Shown: positions 1 to 11,290, numbered from the stretch's first letter. The stretch is 64,000 nucleotides of DNA from Ignavibacteriota bacterium (GCA_019637995.1 JAHBUQ010000001.1:1103589-1167588); one strand, 5' to 3'. Program-made: numbers and translations. Notes: generated from the sequence alone by a model not told the origin.

Positions 1-1968
1 TTTTGAATAATCATTGACTTTGAAATTATCAAGAGCAAAATTAATATTTTCAATAGCAGTATTCAATCTGGAAAAAATCCATTTATCCGAAAGAGTTAAT
101 TCATCAAAAATTAATATATCATCAGATTTAATATTGAATTCTTCAGAAATTTGGTCTCGTTTCATTATTAGAAATCTGCCTGCATTCCAGATTTTATTAC
201 AGAAATTTCTTCCTATTTCGATTGAAGGAATATCCTGAGTTTCGACATTAACATCCATTCTTACATCCTGACCCAATGGAGACATATAAACCATTGTAAA
301 CCTTACAGCATCAGCTCCGTATTTATCAATCACGTTCAGCGGGTCAGGAGAATTTCCAAGTGATTTGGATAATTTTCTCCCCTGCCCGTCACGAATCAAA
401 CTCGTGAAATAAACATTCTTAAATGGAATCTCATTTTTGAAATGGAGAGTAGCCATTATCATTCTTGCAACCCAGAAAAATATAATATCGGGTGCAGTAA
501 CGAGCAAATCTGAAGGCAAGAATTTACTGAGTAAGGGGCTTTCCTCATTTGTACCGTCTGCAAGCCAACCCATTGTCGTCAGGGGCCATAGCCACGATGA
601 AAACCATGTATCAAGTACATCTTCATCACGTCTTAATGTCACAACGGCATCAAGCCCAAGCTTTTTCCTTGCATCTTCAGGAGAGTTTGCAGCAGTAAAT
701 CTGCCGTCTTCGGTATAATAAACCGGTATTCTGTGTCCCCACCATAATTGACGGGATATGCACCAATCCTTGATATTTGTAAGCCAATGCTCGTAGGTCT
801 TAACCCAATGATTTGGATGGAATTGAATTCTGCCATCCTGAACTGCCTGAAGAGCCTTTTCGGTAAGAGGCTTCATCTTGACAAACCACTGGTCACTTAA
901 ATAGGGCTCAACCGGCTCTCCCCCACGCTGTGAAAAACCAACATTATGGGTATATTCTTCAATTTTCTCTATTAAATCTTTTTCTTTCAATTTATCAACA
1001 ATTTTCTTCCTTGCTTCAAATCTTTCTTGTCCGGCAAATTCACCGGCAAAATCGTTTAAAGTGCCGTCAGGATTTATTGAATTGATTATCTCCAGATTAT
1101 GTCTTTCTCCGACTAAGAAGTCATTTGGGTCATGTGCAGGAGTGATTTTTACGCAACCTGTTCCGAAAGCAGGGTCAGCATATTCATCAGCTATAACCTC
1201 AACAAGTCTTCCACAAAGCGGTACGCGAACTTTACTGCCAATCAGGTGCTTATATCTTTCATCATTTGGATTTACTGCAACAGCGGTATCACCAAATATT
1301 GTTTCAGGTCTGACGGTAGCAACCATCAGATAGCCAGAACCATCTTCATAATAATATCTCATTGTATAGAGATGTTCTTTCACCTCACAAAATTCTACTT
1401 CTTCATCTGAAAGAGCAGTCATTCCCATTGGAGACCAGTTAATAATCCTTTTGCCACGATAAATCAAACCTTCGTCAAAAAGTCTGATGAATACTTCGTT
1501 TACAGCATTACTTGGAGCTTCGTCCATTGTAAAAATGGTTCTGTCCCAGTCAGGCGAAATACCAAGTTTTCTTTTCTGGTCAAGAATAATTCCACCATAT
1601 TTTTCACGCCACTTCCAAATTCGCTCAACAAATTTTTCTCTGCCTAAATCATATCGGCTGAGTCCTTCTTTTCGGAGTTCAGTTTCAAGCCTTGCCTGAG
1701 TAGCAATTCCTGCATGATCAGTTCCAGGAAACCAGCATGATTCAAATCCATCCTGTCTTTTACGTCTGATGTATAAATCCTGTATTGTCAAGTTTAAAAT
1801 ATGTCCGAAATGTAATATACCGGTTATATTCGGAGGTGGCATAAGTATGCTGTATGCAGGATTATCAGACATTTCGTCTGTATTAAACAATCCTTTATTT
1901 ATCCACTCTTCATAAAATTTACTTTCTGAATTTTGTGGTGAATATGCTTTTGGAAATTCTATTGACAT
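1..1968 (-). CDS. valS: Valyl-tRNA synthetase, N-terminal ~655 aa; 3' end lies outside the window
   Basis: Reverse-strand translation from the ATG at 1968-1966 reads MSIEFPKAYSPQNSESKFYEEW...PNITGILHFGHILN (HIGH motif)...GQGRKLSKSLGN (KMSKS motif). The frame stays open to position 1. The plus-strand short ORFs listed at 14-1699 are antisense artefacts. Confidence 0.85.
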   Translation of the reverse strand, partial: MSIEFPKAYSPQNSESKFYEEWINKGLFNTDEMSDNPAYSILMPPPNITGILHFGHILNLTIQDLYIRRKRQDGFESCWFPGTDHAGIATQARLETELRKEGLSRYDLGREKFVERIWKWREKYGGIILDQKRKLGISPDWDRTIFTMDEAPSNAVNEVFIRLFDEGLIYRGKRIINWSPMGMTALSDEEVEFCEVKEHLYTMRYYYEDGSGYLMVATVRPETIFGDTAVAVNPNDERYKHLIGSKVRVPLCGRLVEVIADEYADPAFGTGCVKITPAHDPNDFLVGERHNLEIINSINPDGTLNDFAGEFAGQERFEARKKIVDKLKEKDLIEKIEEYTHNVGFSQRGGEPVEPYLSDQWFVKMKPLTEKALQAVQDGRIQFHPNHWVKTYEHWLTNIKDWCISRQLWWGHRIPVYYTEDGRFTAANSPEDARKKLGLDAVVTLRRDEDVLDTWFSSWLWPLTTMGWLADGTNEESPLLSKFLPSDLLVTAPDIIFFWVARMIMATLHFKNEIPFKNVYFTSLIRDGQGRKLSKSLGNSPDPLNVIDKYGADAVRFTMVYMSPLGQDVRMDVNVETQDIPSIEIGRNFCNKIWNAGRFLIMKRDQISEEFNIKSDDILIFDELTLSDKWIFSRLNTAIENINFALDNFKVNDYSK

Positions 1969-1988
1969 AAATAATCAAACTTTTAGTA

Positions 1989-2015
1989 ATTTTGCAAAAT
2001 AATAATTTGCAAAAT
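1989..2015. promoter_or_regulatory. Two 12-bp palindromes, ATTTTGCAAAAT (perfect, 1989-2000) and AATTTGCAAAAT (2004-2015), with centres 15 bp apart in the divergent valS / S8-protease promoter region. Candidate operator, or Bacteroidetes-type TAnnTTTG -7 elements.
   Basis: Read directly. A third degenerate copy, CTGCAAATT, lies at 2027-2035. The pair sits 21-47 nt upstream of the valS start and about 160 nt upstream of the 2170 gene. Confidence 0.3.
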
Positions 2016-2169
2016 AGCAATATTTCTGCAAATTTCAGCATTATTATGAAAATTTTCTTCAACTAAAATTGTAAATTAAAATTTGAATAATTATTATTCT
2101 CAAATTAAATTTCAACACAATTTCATAATATCCGTCTTAGAAATTAATAATAAAACAACTGAATAACCT

Positions 2170-5100
2170 ATGAAAAATACATTAATTCTGTACATTATAA
2201 TTGGAATGTTATGCGAGATTTCGGCTTTTGGTCAGGAATTTAATTCTTACTTAATTAAGTATAAAGGAAATCCAACAAAACTCAGTAGCGAGCTTTCAAA
2301 AATTGGAATAAATCAAAAACCTGCGATAAATTTCAATGATATGACTAAAAATAAAGATAGCGAAATTTTGCTAAATGCCAATCAAATGGAAGCTATTTCT
2401 GAACTTGGAAGTTTTTATCTGATTCCTGCAGGTGATTTCAGCAAATTGGCAAAAGTATATGAATTGCTTGGCAACGATGAAAATTTTATAAGTTTAGAGC
2501 CAAACTACATATTCAAAATTCATAAAGACGATTTAAAACCGAATGATTCACTTTATAATCAATTATGGTGGATTCAGGCTGTAAATACCGAAAAGGCTTG
2601 GCGAACATCAACAGGCGAGGGCGTCATAATCGGATTGATTGATACAGGAATTGATTTTAATCATCCTGATTTGAAAGACAATTTATGGATTAATTCAAAA
2701 GAAGATTTGAACGGGAACGGTACTTTTGAACCATGGCCACATACAGAGCAGCGTAATGGAGTTTTCGGTGATTTGAATGGCATAGATGATGATGGTAATG
2801 GATTTATTGATGATGTAATAGGATTTGATTTTGTTGACCAGGATTTTGCTAATTTCGGTGACTTTTCAAATCCTGACCCTATACCCGATGACCAAGGTGA
2901 ACACGGTACGCTTGTTGCCGGAGTTATGAGCTCAACACGGAACAATTCAATAGGAATAGCGGGTATTGCTTTTAACTCGAAAATCTTGACAGCCAAAGCA
3001 TTTGATATAACCGGTAATGCAGAGTCTGATGATATTGCAAGAGCTATTGTTTACGCAGTTTTAAACGGTGCTAAAGTCCTGAATTTCAGCTTCGGGGAAA
3101 GGAATGAATCGCCGATAGTACATGACGCTATCAAATTTGCATACTCAATGGGCTGTGTTATGATTTCTTCTTCAGGGAATAATGGCTGGAATAATCAGCA
3201 TTATCCAAGCGACCATCCTGAAGTAATATCAGTCGGTGGCATTGATGAAGGGCTTGTTAGAGCAGGTAGAGCTAACTATGGCTCTATGCTGGATATTGTT
3301 GCACCTTCACAAAATATTCTAACAACTGATGTCGGTGGTGGCTACAAAGTTACAAATGGTACATCACTTGCTGCACCGGCAGTATCTGCTGCGGCGGCAC
3401 TTATTCTTGAAAAAAATCCCAACCTCTCACCTGCCGAAGTTCGTGGAATAATCCAGATGTCAGCCCAAAGAATAAATAATCCCGTTTGGGATGTTTTCTA
3501 TGGTGCAGGAATTCTTGATATAGGAAATGCTGTGATTGCAAGCGGCAGTTCAGTATTTGAAATTAACTATCCAAAAAATGAACAATATATAAATATTTCC
3601 ACAAATCCTGAAATATCAATCACTGGTACAGCTGCATCAAGCTTATTCGAAAGTTTCGATTTAGCAATTGGAGAGGGAATTATGCCTTCTCAATGGGTAG
3701 TTAAAACAGAAAAACAATTTTCTCAGGTAATTGGTAGTGAGCTTGGTACAATCAATTTAGTAGGTTTGAGAAACGGAATTCATACCTTGTCACTCAGAGT
3801 TTATCAAAAAAACACAAATATTATTGAAAGAAGAATATATCTTAACATTACTAACGATAATTCACCTTTAATTGTATCAAGTTTTAATGTCGAAAATGCT
3901 TATTATAACGATAAAAGAGTAGTTATTTTAGGTGCTTCTACAGATAGAAAATGTAACCTCATAGTTAGATATGGAAAGTCCGGTGAAGAACAATTCCGAG
4001 TAACAAGGCAATTTGACTTTAATTCAAGATATCACACAGTAGTCTTGGGGGATGACATCGAGTCTGAAATTGAGTATTCGGCAGAAGCAATATTTTTTAC
4101 AAGTTCAGGAGACAGCACGAAGAGAAATTTCAATTTTATGAAGAAAAATGATGTTTTTAATACTGCAAATTTTGTGAGGAAGAATTATACATTACCAAGA
4201 ACATACTTGCTCAATCAGGTAGAAGACCTTTATAATAACGGCAAAAAGCATCTTGCAATAAATGACCTCAGCGGTTTATTTATAGGTGATGCAGCAATTT
4301 ATGAATTTGATAATAACTCTTTCAAACTTAAGGACACATCCCGTGAAGGTTGGATTGCTGCAGGAATTGGCGATTCAAACGGTGATGGAATTCCTGAAAT
4401 TTTTGGTACATCTGATGGTTTAAGCACCATCAAGCAAGCAAATATTTACGGGAATAATCCTTTTGAAAAGGAATTATACCGGAGTCCTATAGACTCAACC
4501 TTCTGGGCTGAGCAAATATTCGATATAGACGGTGACGGTATTGATGAGCTGATTGGATATAAATTTGATTTAAATTTGCTAAATTATTATGCTGTTTACA
4601 AATTTATAAATGGCAATTACAGATTACTAACACGCGCCATTCTTCCCGGAACTTTAAATCAGGTGGCTTTGTCACGTGGCTCAGCAATAGCTGATTTCGA
4701 CGGCGATGGAAGGTATGAATTAGTCTTTGCAAATACACGAGGACATTTATTCATATATGAATTTAATAATGGCACTTTGAATCTTGAGTTTGTTGACTCT
4801 AATTCTGTGGCAAGCAGTTCTCAATATATAGAAAAGCCTGATATTGACGGCGATGGAAAACCGGAAATTATGCATGCTTATGCCGGAAGTGTTAAATTAT
4901 TTAATGAAAATGAGGTCGGAACGCCACTTTGGACTGTTCGATTGTTACGTTCAACCGCTCCCGACTCTTACGAAAAAGAATTTTGGAGCGATAATATCTA
5001 TGGTGTCAGGTTAGGTGCAACCCGGCAAGGAGTGTTTTTCAGGAATGGAGCCTCTTTCGGCGATCTGAACATGGACGGAAAAGATGAAATCGTACTTTCG

Positions 5101-6471
5101 GCATTCCCAAATTTATATGTTTGGACTTGGGATTCAACAAATAGTAATATGAAGCCATTTTGGTACTATCCAACTACTTTATCGAATACCGCTGTAATTC
5201 ATGATTTTGATGGAAACGGAGTTAATGAAATAGGCATTTCGACATTTTCCAATACATCATTTTTTGAATTTGATGTAAATTTCAACGGTCCTCATTCGCC
5301 AAAGAATTTTGAAGGTTGGGCAGAAAGTCAGACTTCAGCATTTTTTAAATGGGATGAAATTGAAAATGCCGAGGAATATGTTCTGTTTTTTGTGGACAGA
5401 AGTTCAAATCCACCACAGGCAATCGAGCAGGCAAGAACAAGCGGAACTGAAATATTACTTGATGGATTATCTGCAAATTCATACTACGAATTTGTACTGG
5501 CTTGTTATAATTCAAATCTTCCAAACGAAATCAGTGATTTCAGTGAAATAGTCGAAATAATTACTACACCTGAAACCAAACCAAATTCAATTAAGATTTT
5601 GAGCGACGAAAGTATAAATCTAAGCTTATCCGGAAGACTAAGTAGAAACAGTCTTGCGCCTGAATATTTTAGAATTTTTGATTCGGATGGTGTAATTTTT
5701 AGCAACTGCAAATCAGCAATAATAAGCAATGACAGTAATTTGATTCTGACATTTGATAAGAAATTTTTACAAGGCAATTACTCTCTCAGAAACTTTAGAT
5801 TCAGCGATTATTTCAATAATCCTGTTCGGGAAAGCGAAATTATTTTTGAATATTTTGTGCCAATTGAGCAGCCTGAATTATATCTTCTAAGTCTTGAATT
5901 TGCATCTGAGACGCTTCTAAGAATTAAATTTTCAGAAAAAGTTGAAACAACTTCAGCCGAAATTGCAGAAAATTACAAAATGAATCCTATTGGACGAGTT
6001 TTATATGCAGAAGTTGACCAAACTGACAATCAATATGTACTTTTGAATCTCTCACAGGAAATCAGAAATCAGGGAGCTCGAGGCAGAAACTATACTATAA
6101 CTGCAAATAATATTATCGCTGCTTCAGGCAACGAAATGACTAAAGGTGCAGGAAATACACTTGGTTTTGTTATTTCAAAAGACAATTTGAGAGATGTTTT
6201 CATTTATCCAAATCCTATCCGACAATCTGAAAATCCTGAAATATATTTCGCAAATCTGACTAATAGAGCTACGGTTACTATCATGACATTAGACGGATCA
6301 GAATTACTTACTTTAGTAGAAACTGACGGTAATGGCGGTGTCGAATGGGACGGACGTGACAGAAACGGCAACTTACTTCCAACAGGAATTTATCTTTTCA
6401 AGGTTGCCGGAGAAAATTCCGAGGGTTTAAACGTGTTTGAAGAGAAAGGTAAATTTGTAATACTACCATAG
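2170..6471 (+). CDS. Secreted S8 subtilisin-family peptidase, 1433 aa, with FG-GAP/VCBS-like repeats, an FN3-like domain and a T9SS C-terminal sorting domain
   Basis: Signal peptide MKNTLILYIIIGMLCEISAFG. Catalytic Asp (GLIDTGID), His (HGTLVAG) and Ser (GTSLAAP). Repeated DxDGDGxxE(L/I) motifs (DIDGDGIDELIG, DFDGDGRYELVF, DIDGDGKPEIMH, DLNMDGKDEIVLS). The C-terminus ...TGIYLFKVAGENSEGLNVFEEKGKFVILP is T9SS-tail-like. Confidence 0.85.
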   Translation: MKNTLILYIIIGMLCEISAFGQEFNSYLIKYKGNPTKLSSELSKIGINQKPAINFNDMTKNKDSEILLNANQMEAISELGSFYLIPAGDFSKLAKVYELLGNDENFISLEPNYIFKIHKDDLKPNDSLYNQLWWIQAVNTEKAWRTSTGEGVIIGLIDTGIDFNHPDLKDNLWINSKEDLNGNGTFEPWPHTEQRNGVFGDLNGIDDDGNGFIDDVIGFDFVDQDFANFGDFSNPDPIPDDQGEHGTLVAGVMSSTRNNSIGIAGIAFNSKILTAKAFDITGNAESDDIARAIVYAVLNGAKVLNFSFGERNESPIVHDAIKFAYSMGCVMISSSGNNGWNNQHYPSDHPEVISVGGIDEGLVRAGRANYGSMLDIVAPSQNILTTDVGGGYKVTNGTSLAAPAVSAAAALILEKNPNLSPAEVRGIIQMSAQRINNPVWDVFYGAGILDIGNAVIASGSSVFEINYPKNEQYINISTNPEISITGTAASSLFESFDLAIGEGIMPSQWVVKTEKQFSQVIGSELGTINLVGLRNGIHTLSLRVYQKNTNIIERRIYLNITNDNSPLIVSSFNVENAYYNDKRVVILGASTDRKCNLIVRYGKSGEEQFRVTRQFDFNSRYHTVVLGDDIESEIEYSAEAIFFTSSGDSTKRNFNFMKKNDVFNTANFVRKNYTLPRTYLLNQVEDLYNNGKKHLAINDLSGLFIGDAAIYEFDNNSFKLKDTSREGWIAAGIGDSNGDGIPEIFGTSDGLSTIKQANIYGNNPFEKELYRSPIDSTFWAEQIFDIDGDGIDELIGYKFDLNLLNYYAVYKFINGNYRLLTRAILPGTLNQVALSRGSAIADFDGDGRYELVFANTRGHLFIYEFNNGTLNLEFVDSNSVASSSQYIEKPDIDGDGKPEIMHAYAGSVKLFNENEVGTPLWTVRLLRSTAPDSYEKEFWSDNIYGVRLGATRQGVFFRNGASFGDLNMDGKDEIVLSAFPNLYVWTWDSTNSNMKPFWYYPTTLSNTAVIHDFDGNGVNEIGISTFSNTSFFEFDVNFNGPHSPKNFEGWAESQTSAFFKWDEIENAEEYVLFFVDRSSNPPQAIEQARTSGTEILLDGLSANSYYEFVLACYNSNLPNEISDFSEIVEIITTPETKPNSIKILSDESINLSLSGRLSRNSLAPEYFRIFDSDGVIFSNCKSAIISNDSNLILTFDKKFLQGNYSLRNFRFSDYFNNPVRESEIIFEYFVPIEQPELYLLSLEFASETLLRIKFSEKVETTSAEIAENYKMNPIGRVLYAEVDQTDNQYVLLNLSQEIRNQGARGRNYTITANNIIAASGNEMTKGAGNTLGFVISKDNLRDVFIYPNPIRQSENPEIYFANLTNRATVTIMTLDGSELLTLVETDGNGGVEWDGRDRNGNLLPTGIYLFKVAGENSEGLNVFEEKGKFVILP

Positions 6472-6580
6472 TCAAGTCCAAAAATAATGAAGTGAGTTCT
6501 TTTCTTAAATGAATAATCCATTTAAAAAAAGTGTATATCAACAAACCTCTAACCGCTATATCCGGTGGAAAAACCCGATT

Positions 6581-6605
6581 ACAACCAGAGTTGTTTTATT
6601 TATTT
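6581..6605 (+). terminator. Weak rho-independent terminator candidate after the S8 gene (5-bp stem ACAAC/GTTGT followed by TTTATTTATTT)
   Basis: Short AT-rich stem plus a T-tract between convergent genes. Weak. Confidence 0.3.
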
Positions 6606-6644
6606 ACAATGGAATATTATTTTTAAATCAAGAAGACTTCAATC

Positions 6645-9600
6645 CTACTTTATATTTATAATATTCAACATCTCATTTTGATACTTAGATTTTAATAATA
6701 TGAAATAGTTGCCTGAACTGAGATTTCGTAAATTAATTATTACCTCCGAATATTCTCGTCCCGGTCTGATTATACCACTTTCAGAAATAATTCCTGAAAT
6801 ATCAATAACTGAATATTCTACATCAACGTCGCCGGTTGAATTCATCTGAAACTTATAAATGCCATCATTTGCAAGGTCACCCGACTTAATTCTGAACCAT
6901 GGCATCATAATAAATTTACTTAAAGCTACAGTTTCAGCACAGTAATCTGTAAGCTGAAGTTTGCCATTTTGAGTATCAATCATAATATCTTTATCAGTTG
7001 CAATATCAAACACGTCTATTTTGAGTTGCGTATTATCAGGAATTGAAGCCATTACAGTACCCAAAATCTTAAAAATTTCTCCGTTTGATTTGAGCAAATC
7101 TTTGGACTGATTTCCTGATACTGATACTTTTAAAACACCACTTAAGTAATCAAATTCAATTGGACTGTATAAATTATTCTGCCTTACACTCATAGCATTG
7201 GGATAAAAAAGATATTTATCAAAGCTAATTTGAATGTCAATTTGTTCGGCATTAATTCTCTCAATTCCTTCTTTCAGGTTGACGGAAATTTCAATTTGCT
7301 CGCCTGCTACTGCTTCATATTCATTTATGAAAACTAAATTTTCATACTTTTCTTCAAATACTGAGCCTGAAATATCAGCACTAACTGAATCCACACAAAG
7401 AGATGAATATTTTACCAATATTTCACCGCTATAGTCACCAAAATTTCCTGCTATAAATTGAATATCGAACTCAATATGTTTTCCGGAAGAAATCATTTGA
7501 CCAAGAGGACTACCTATAAGAATAAAGTCAATCTCATTGCTTAGACTAATATCATCTATTTTTAAATCAGTCTGACCAACATTATGAATCTCAACTTTCA
7601 AGACAGGTTTCTGTTCTTCCCATTTTGAGCCAAAATCAATCGTTGTTGGTATAATAATTAATTCTGGCTTGATTATTTCTGCCTGGACATTAATCTCGAA
7701 ATTATCCGGACAAACAACTGAATTTAAAACAAATTTACCTGAATAATTACCAACTTCTGAAAACAAATCCGGACTTACTTCAAGTGAAATTTCTGCTTCA
7801 CCTCCTGATTCTATTGTCCATTTTTCTCCGATAATACTAAAAGCAGTATGCCCCTGATAATCAGAAAAAATAATTGTATCAGCTATTGAGCCGCTATTTA
7901 TATATTTTACTGTTATTTGTTGTTTTTCGGAACAGAGTTCTAAATTCCTAAAATCAACATTGTGAATTTTGGGCGCAATATCAGACATTCTAAATTCACC
8001 GGTTAATAAAACCGAAAAGCTCTGCCCATCATCACCTATTGTAACGATATTAAGATTCGTCAAAAATATTCCTTCATTCTGCGGTAAAAATCTTAAACGA
8101 ATTATAAAATCTTCTTCGGGCTGAAGTATAAGTGGTAATTCCGGTAAATTTAATATTGAAAATTCATTAATATCAGGTGAAAACGAAATTGAACTTATGG
8201 TATCAGGCGAAAATCCACGATTCGATATCGTAATATCAAAATATTTTTCTGATTTTTCGCATAAAGTCAAACCAAAATCAGCAGCTTTAGGGTTGACATC
8301 AACAAGTCGGCTAAAGCTGGATAAATCTAAATCAACATAGAATGTTTCAAGACACAAACCATCGGTTTCAATTACTATTCTGCCTTCAAGCTTTGATGCT
8401 GAAAGTGGTGTAAAATTGAATGTAAAATCTGCTCCTTGCTCAGGAAGCAGTACCATCGGAACTCCCGGACTGAAATTATAACTCCAGCCTTGGGGTTCAG
8501 GTTCAACTCTTATACTTTTTACATTTAAATTTATATCGCTTAGAGAATTAATTCTAACTGTTTCAGTCAAAATTTCGCCTGTTTTTACAATGCCTGTTAT
8601 AACCTCAGGAATAATATCGAGCTCATTCGATACTACTCTGCCATTAATTATCAGATATGTTATTTCATCGCATGGCTCAGCTCTAATTGCAATTACTTCC
8701 CTGAATTCACCTTTTTTAAGGGCATTATAAGAAACTCTTATTGAAACTGAATCATTGCCTCTGATTCGGCGATTAATATCTTCAATCGAGACTATCATTT
8801 CGCCGGGAATATCCCTAATGCTTAATATTGCATCGAGGTTTCCGCTATTCTTTAGTCTGACAGTTTGCAACTTAGTCAATCCAAGGCAAATATCACCAAA
8901 GTCAATAAATAATGAATCAATTAGCTCGACTCCGTTTGAATTGCCTGTTAAATTAATAATATATGGATTTTTATTACCGTTTACTTTTGTTGAATCATTA
9001 TTAACAAGAATTATTTGACAATTCTCATTTCCATATTTTTCCGGTGAGTAGGAGATTAAAATCTCTGCAAATTCATTTCTTTGAATTTTTACAGGATATG
9101 AATTTTGATTTATCCATCCAACAATCGAAAAACCACTTAAAGTTGGTTCTAATCTGGCACCATCAATATTGAGAATATCATTGCCAGTGTTATGAATTTT
9201 TATAGTGTCAATGATAGTTTCAAGACATTCGCTTGTAAAATCTGTTTTACCCGAATGACTTATAATTGGTGATACTCCATAAGCTCGAATCGTAATAACT
9301 GTATCTTTATAACAAGGGTCAAGCGTAACTCTGAATTTCGTTTCAAACCAACCGGTATCAGGAAGCTGAATTGCAAATTCAGAGTTTGTAACAGGTTTGG
9401 TAAGCGGATATGGAATTGGTGACATATTTCTGATAAAATTTGTGCCTTCAATTTGTCTGATATCAAGAATTGACTCGCCATCTCCTTCTAAAAACCATGG
9501 TAAAGCAATGATATTCATAGTATTACAAACAACACGGTTTTCAATTATCAAATCATTTTGAGGAAATGCTGTAACTTTACTTACTTTTCCAACCAAATAA

Positions 9601-10865
9601 ATATATTTAATAACTTCCTGAGAAGTTCCTGGATGTACCGTAATTTTCAATCTTGCTAAATGGTCATTCTGATTTTTGGGTGTATATCGAACAGAAATTC
9701 TTGTATCAGAGCAGCCGGGTAAATAGAAAAATTGCTGTGGCGTAATCAGTTCGAAATTACCATCGGAATCATCAATTATTTCAAATTCGGAATATGCTTC
9801 TATAAATGACAGATGTTTAATTAGTAAACTATCAGATTTTGAATCACCAAGGCATAAATCTTTGAAAAATAATGAATCTTTGGTAAAGTCATATTCTGGT
9901 GGCGACAGCTTGTAAACTCCACTACCGACGACATATCCGAGATTTGGATGCACAAACCAGATATCATCAAGATTACCGTCTTGCCGTATTCCACAGTTAC
10001 GAGTTTGCCATGAAAGTCCTCCGTTAGTCGTTTTAAGTACACTTCTTCCATCTCCGCAAGCCCATCCGTTTTGAGCATCAAGCAAATATGTCCCGAACAT
10101 AGCAAATCCTGTCTGATAAACATTCCAGGAATTTCCCATATCTGTAGTAAATCTCATACCACCGTCTCCGCCCTGACCTGAGCAGTTTGTACCGGCATAA
10201 GGAAGTAGAAAAGAAGAACCGCTGTTAGTAATTTCCTCGTGCCAGACATTTGAACCGGTTGATGTAAAAATAGCCCAAGTTCTACCTCCGTCAGTGGTTC
10301 TCCAAAGGTTTCCGCTTGAGACAGCATAGCCTAATCCGTTTGGTTCGAATAGAAGTAAATCTGTTAAGCCTGAATTTGGCTCACTTGCCGTGAACAACGT
10401 CCAGGTCTGTCCTCCATTTTCAGTGCGGTAAAATCTCTGCTGACCTATACAACCACCACCAATAACTAGACCGACATTCTCATTTACAAAATAACAGCCC
10501 CAGTAATCAGCAATTGTTTCAGGAGTGATATTTGACCAGCTTACCCCGCCGTCGGTACTTTTGAAAATGCCTGCCGGACCGGAAGTATAGCCGATAGTTA
10601 GTGTTGGAAAATGTACATGCTCCAGATGATTAGCTCCATTTACTATAGAGCCAGACCACGAATCGCCGGCATTAGTTGTTCTTATAACCATTCCGCTGAA
10701 ACCACAAACCCAACCATAATCAGGATTTGACGGATGAAAATATACATCTAACCAATAGTTAGTCCTGAATGGTGCAGGAATATTTTCAAACTCTTTCCAA
10801 TACTGCGATTTTGCAGAAAAAATTGTAATTAATAACAGAATAAATGTAGTATAAAATCTTTTCAT
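6645..10865 (-). CDS. Large secreted BNR/Ycf48-like beta-propeller protein, 1406 aa, with many Ig-like (DUF1573/ASPM-type) repeats and a T9SS C-terminal domain
   Basis: Signal peptide MKRFYTTFILLLITIFSAKSQ. The N-terminus carries repeated S/TxDGGxxW motifs (STDGGVSWS, TENGGQTWT, TTDGGRTWA, TTDMGNSWN, TTNGGLSWQ). A long series of about 100-aa beta-sandwich-like repeats follows. The tail ...LSSGNYFILLKSKYQNEMLNIINIK resembles a Por secretion tail. Confidence 0.75.
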   Translation of the reverse strand: MKRFYTTFILLLITIFSAKSQYWKEFENIPAPFRTNYWLDVYFHPSNPDYGWVCGFSGMVIRTTNAGDSWSGSIVNGANHLEHVHFPTLTIGYTSGPAGIFKSTDGGVSWSNITPETIADYWGCYFVNENVGLVIGGGCIGQQRFYRTENGGQTWTLFTASEPNSGLTDLLLFEPNGLGYAVSSGNLWRTTDGGRTWAIFTSTGSNVWHEEITNSGSSFLLPYAGTNCSGQGGDGGMRFTTDMGNSWNVYQTGFAMFGTYLLDAQNGWACGDGRSVLKTTNGGLSWQTRNCGIRQDGNLDDIWFVHPNLGYVVGSGVYKLSPPEYDFTKDSLFFKDLCLGDSKSDSLLIKHLSFIEAYSEFEIIDDSDGNFELITPQQFFYLPGCSDTRISVRYTPKNQNDHLARLKITVHPGTSQEVIKYIYLVGKVSKVTAFPQNDLIIENRVVCNTMNIIALPWFLEGDGESILDIRQIEGTNFIRNMSPIPYPLTKPVTNSEFAIQLPDTGWFETKFRVTLDPCYKDTVITIRAYGVSPIISHSGKTDFTSECLETIIDTIKIHNTGNDILNIDGARLEPTLSGFSIVGWINQNSYPVKIQRNEFAEILISYSPEKYGNENCQIILVNNDSTKVNGNKNPYIINLTGNSNGVELIDSLFIDFGDICLGLTKLQTVRLKNSGNLDAILSIRDIPGEMIVSIEDINRRIRGNDSVSIRVSYNALKKGEFREVIAIRAEPCDEITYLIINGRVVSNELDIIPEVITGIVKTGEILTETVRINSLSDINLNVKSIRVEPEPQGWSYNFSPGVPMVLLPEQGADFTFNFTPLSASKLEGRIVIETDGLCLETFYVDLDLSSFSRLVDVNPKAADFGLTLCEKSEKYFDITISNRGFSPDTISSISFSPDINEFSILNLPELPLILQPEEDFIIRLRFLPQNEGIFLTNLNIVTIGDDGQSFSVLLTGEFRMSDIAPKIHNVDFRNLELCSEKQQITVKYINSGSIADTIIFSDYQGHTAFSIIGEKWTIESGGEAEISLEVSPDLFSEVGNYSGKFVLNSVVCPDNFEINVQAEIIKPELIIIPTTIDFGSKWEEQKPVLKVEIHNVGQTDLKIDDISLSNEIDFILIGSPLGQMISSGKHIEFDIQFIAGNFGDYSGEILVKYSSLCVDSVSADISGSVFEEKYENLVFINEYEAVAGEQIEISVNLKEGIERINAEQIDIQISFDKYLFYPNAMSVRQNNLYSPIEFDYLSGVLKVSVSGNQSKDLLKSNGEIFKILGTVMASIPDNTQLKIDVFDIATDKDIMIDTQNGKLQLTDYCAETVALSKFIMMPWFRIKSGDLANDGIYKFQMNSTGDVDVEYSVIDISGIISESGIIRPGREYSEVIINLRNLSSGNYFILLKSKYQNEMLNIINIK

Positions 10866-11290
10866 TGCATTTCCTTTTTATTTTATACTAATTTAATAAA
10901 AAAAAACTTAAAATACAATTATTTTAATTTTATTTAATACAATAAGTTATAATCTCACTTCATTAGCATCACTTAAATATCAAGGATTCCTTAGCTATTT
11001 ACTACCACAGAATACCATATATCTTAAGGCTGTATTCTTCGGAAAATTTAAAAAAAGTGCTTTTTGAGTTTTTTTTCTCTGCCGCATCTAAAATCTATTG
11101 CAATATTTTGAAATTCATCTCTTATACCAATAAAAACTACTCCTTATTGAAGCATCTTCAAAATTGTACCTGTCTTATCCTGAAATAGTTTGACATAAAA
11201 CCGGAGCAAAAGATGTCAAATAAGAAAAAATTTCCAATTTTTTTCGACAGGCTGTGAGAGAATTTTTAAAAAAACAACATTTGAGAAATA

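Noticed and set aside
14-1699. Series of 70-93-aa plus-strand ORFs at the window start
   Set aside because: They lie antisense to a continuous, well-conserved valS reading frame on the minus strand. No start or ribosome-binding context supports them.
10340-10365. GGTTCGAAT T-loop-like motif as a possible tRNA
   Set aside because: It lies inside the 6645-10865 coding frame. No flanking acceptor or anticodon stems can be formed.
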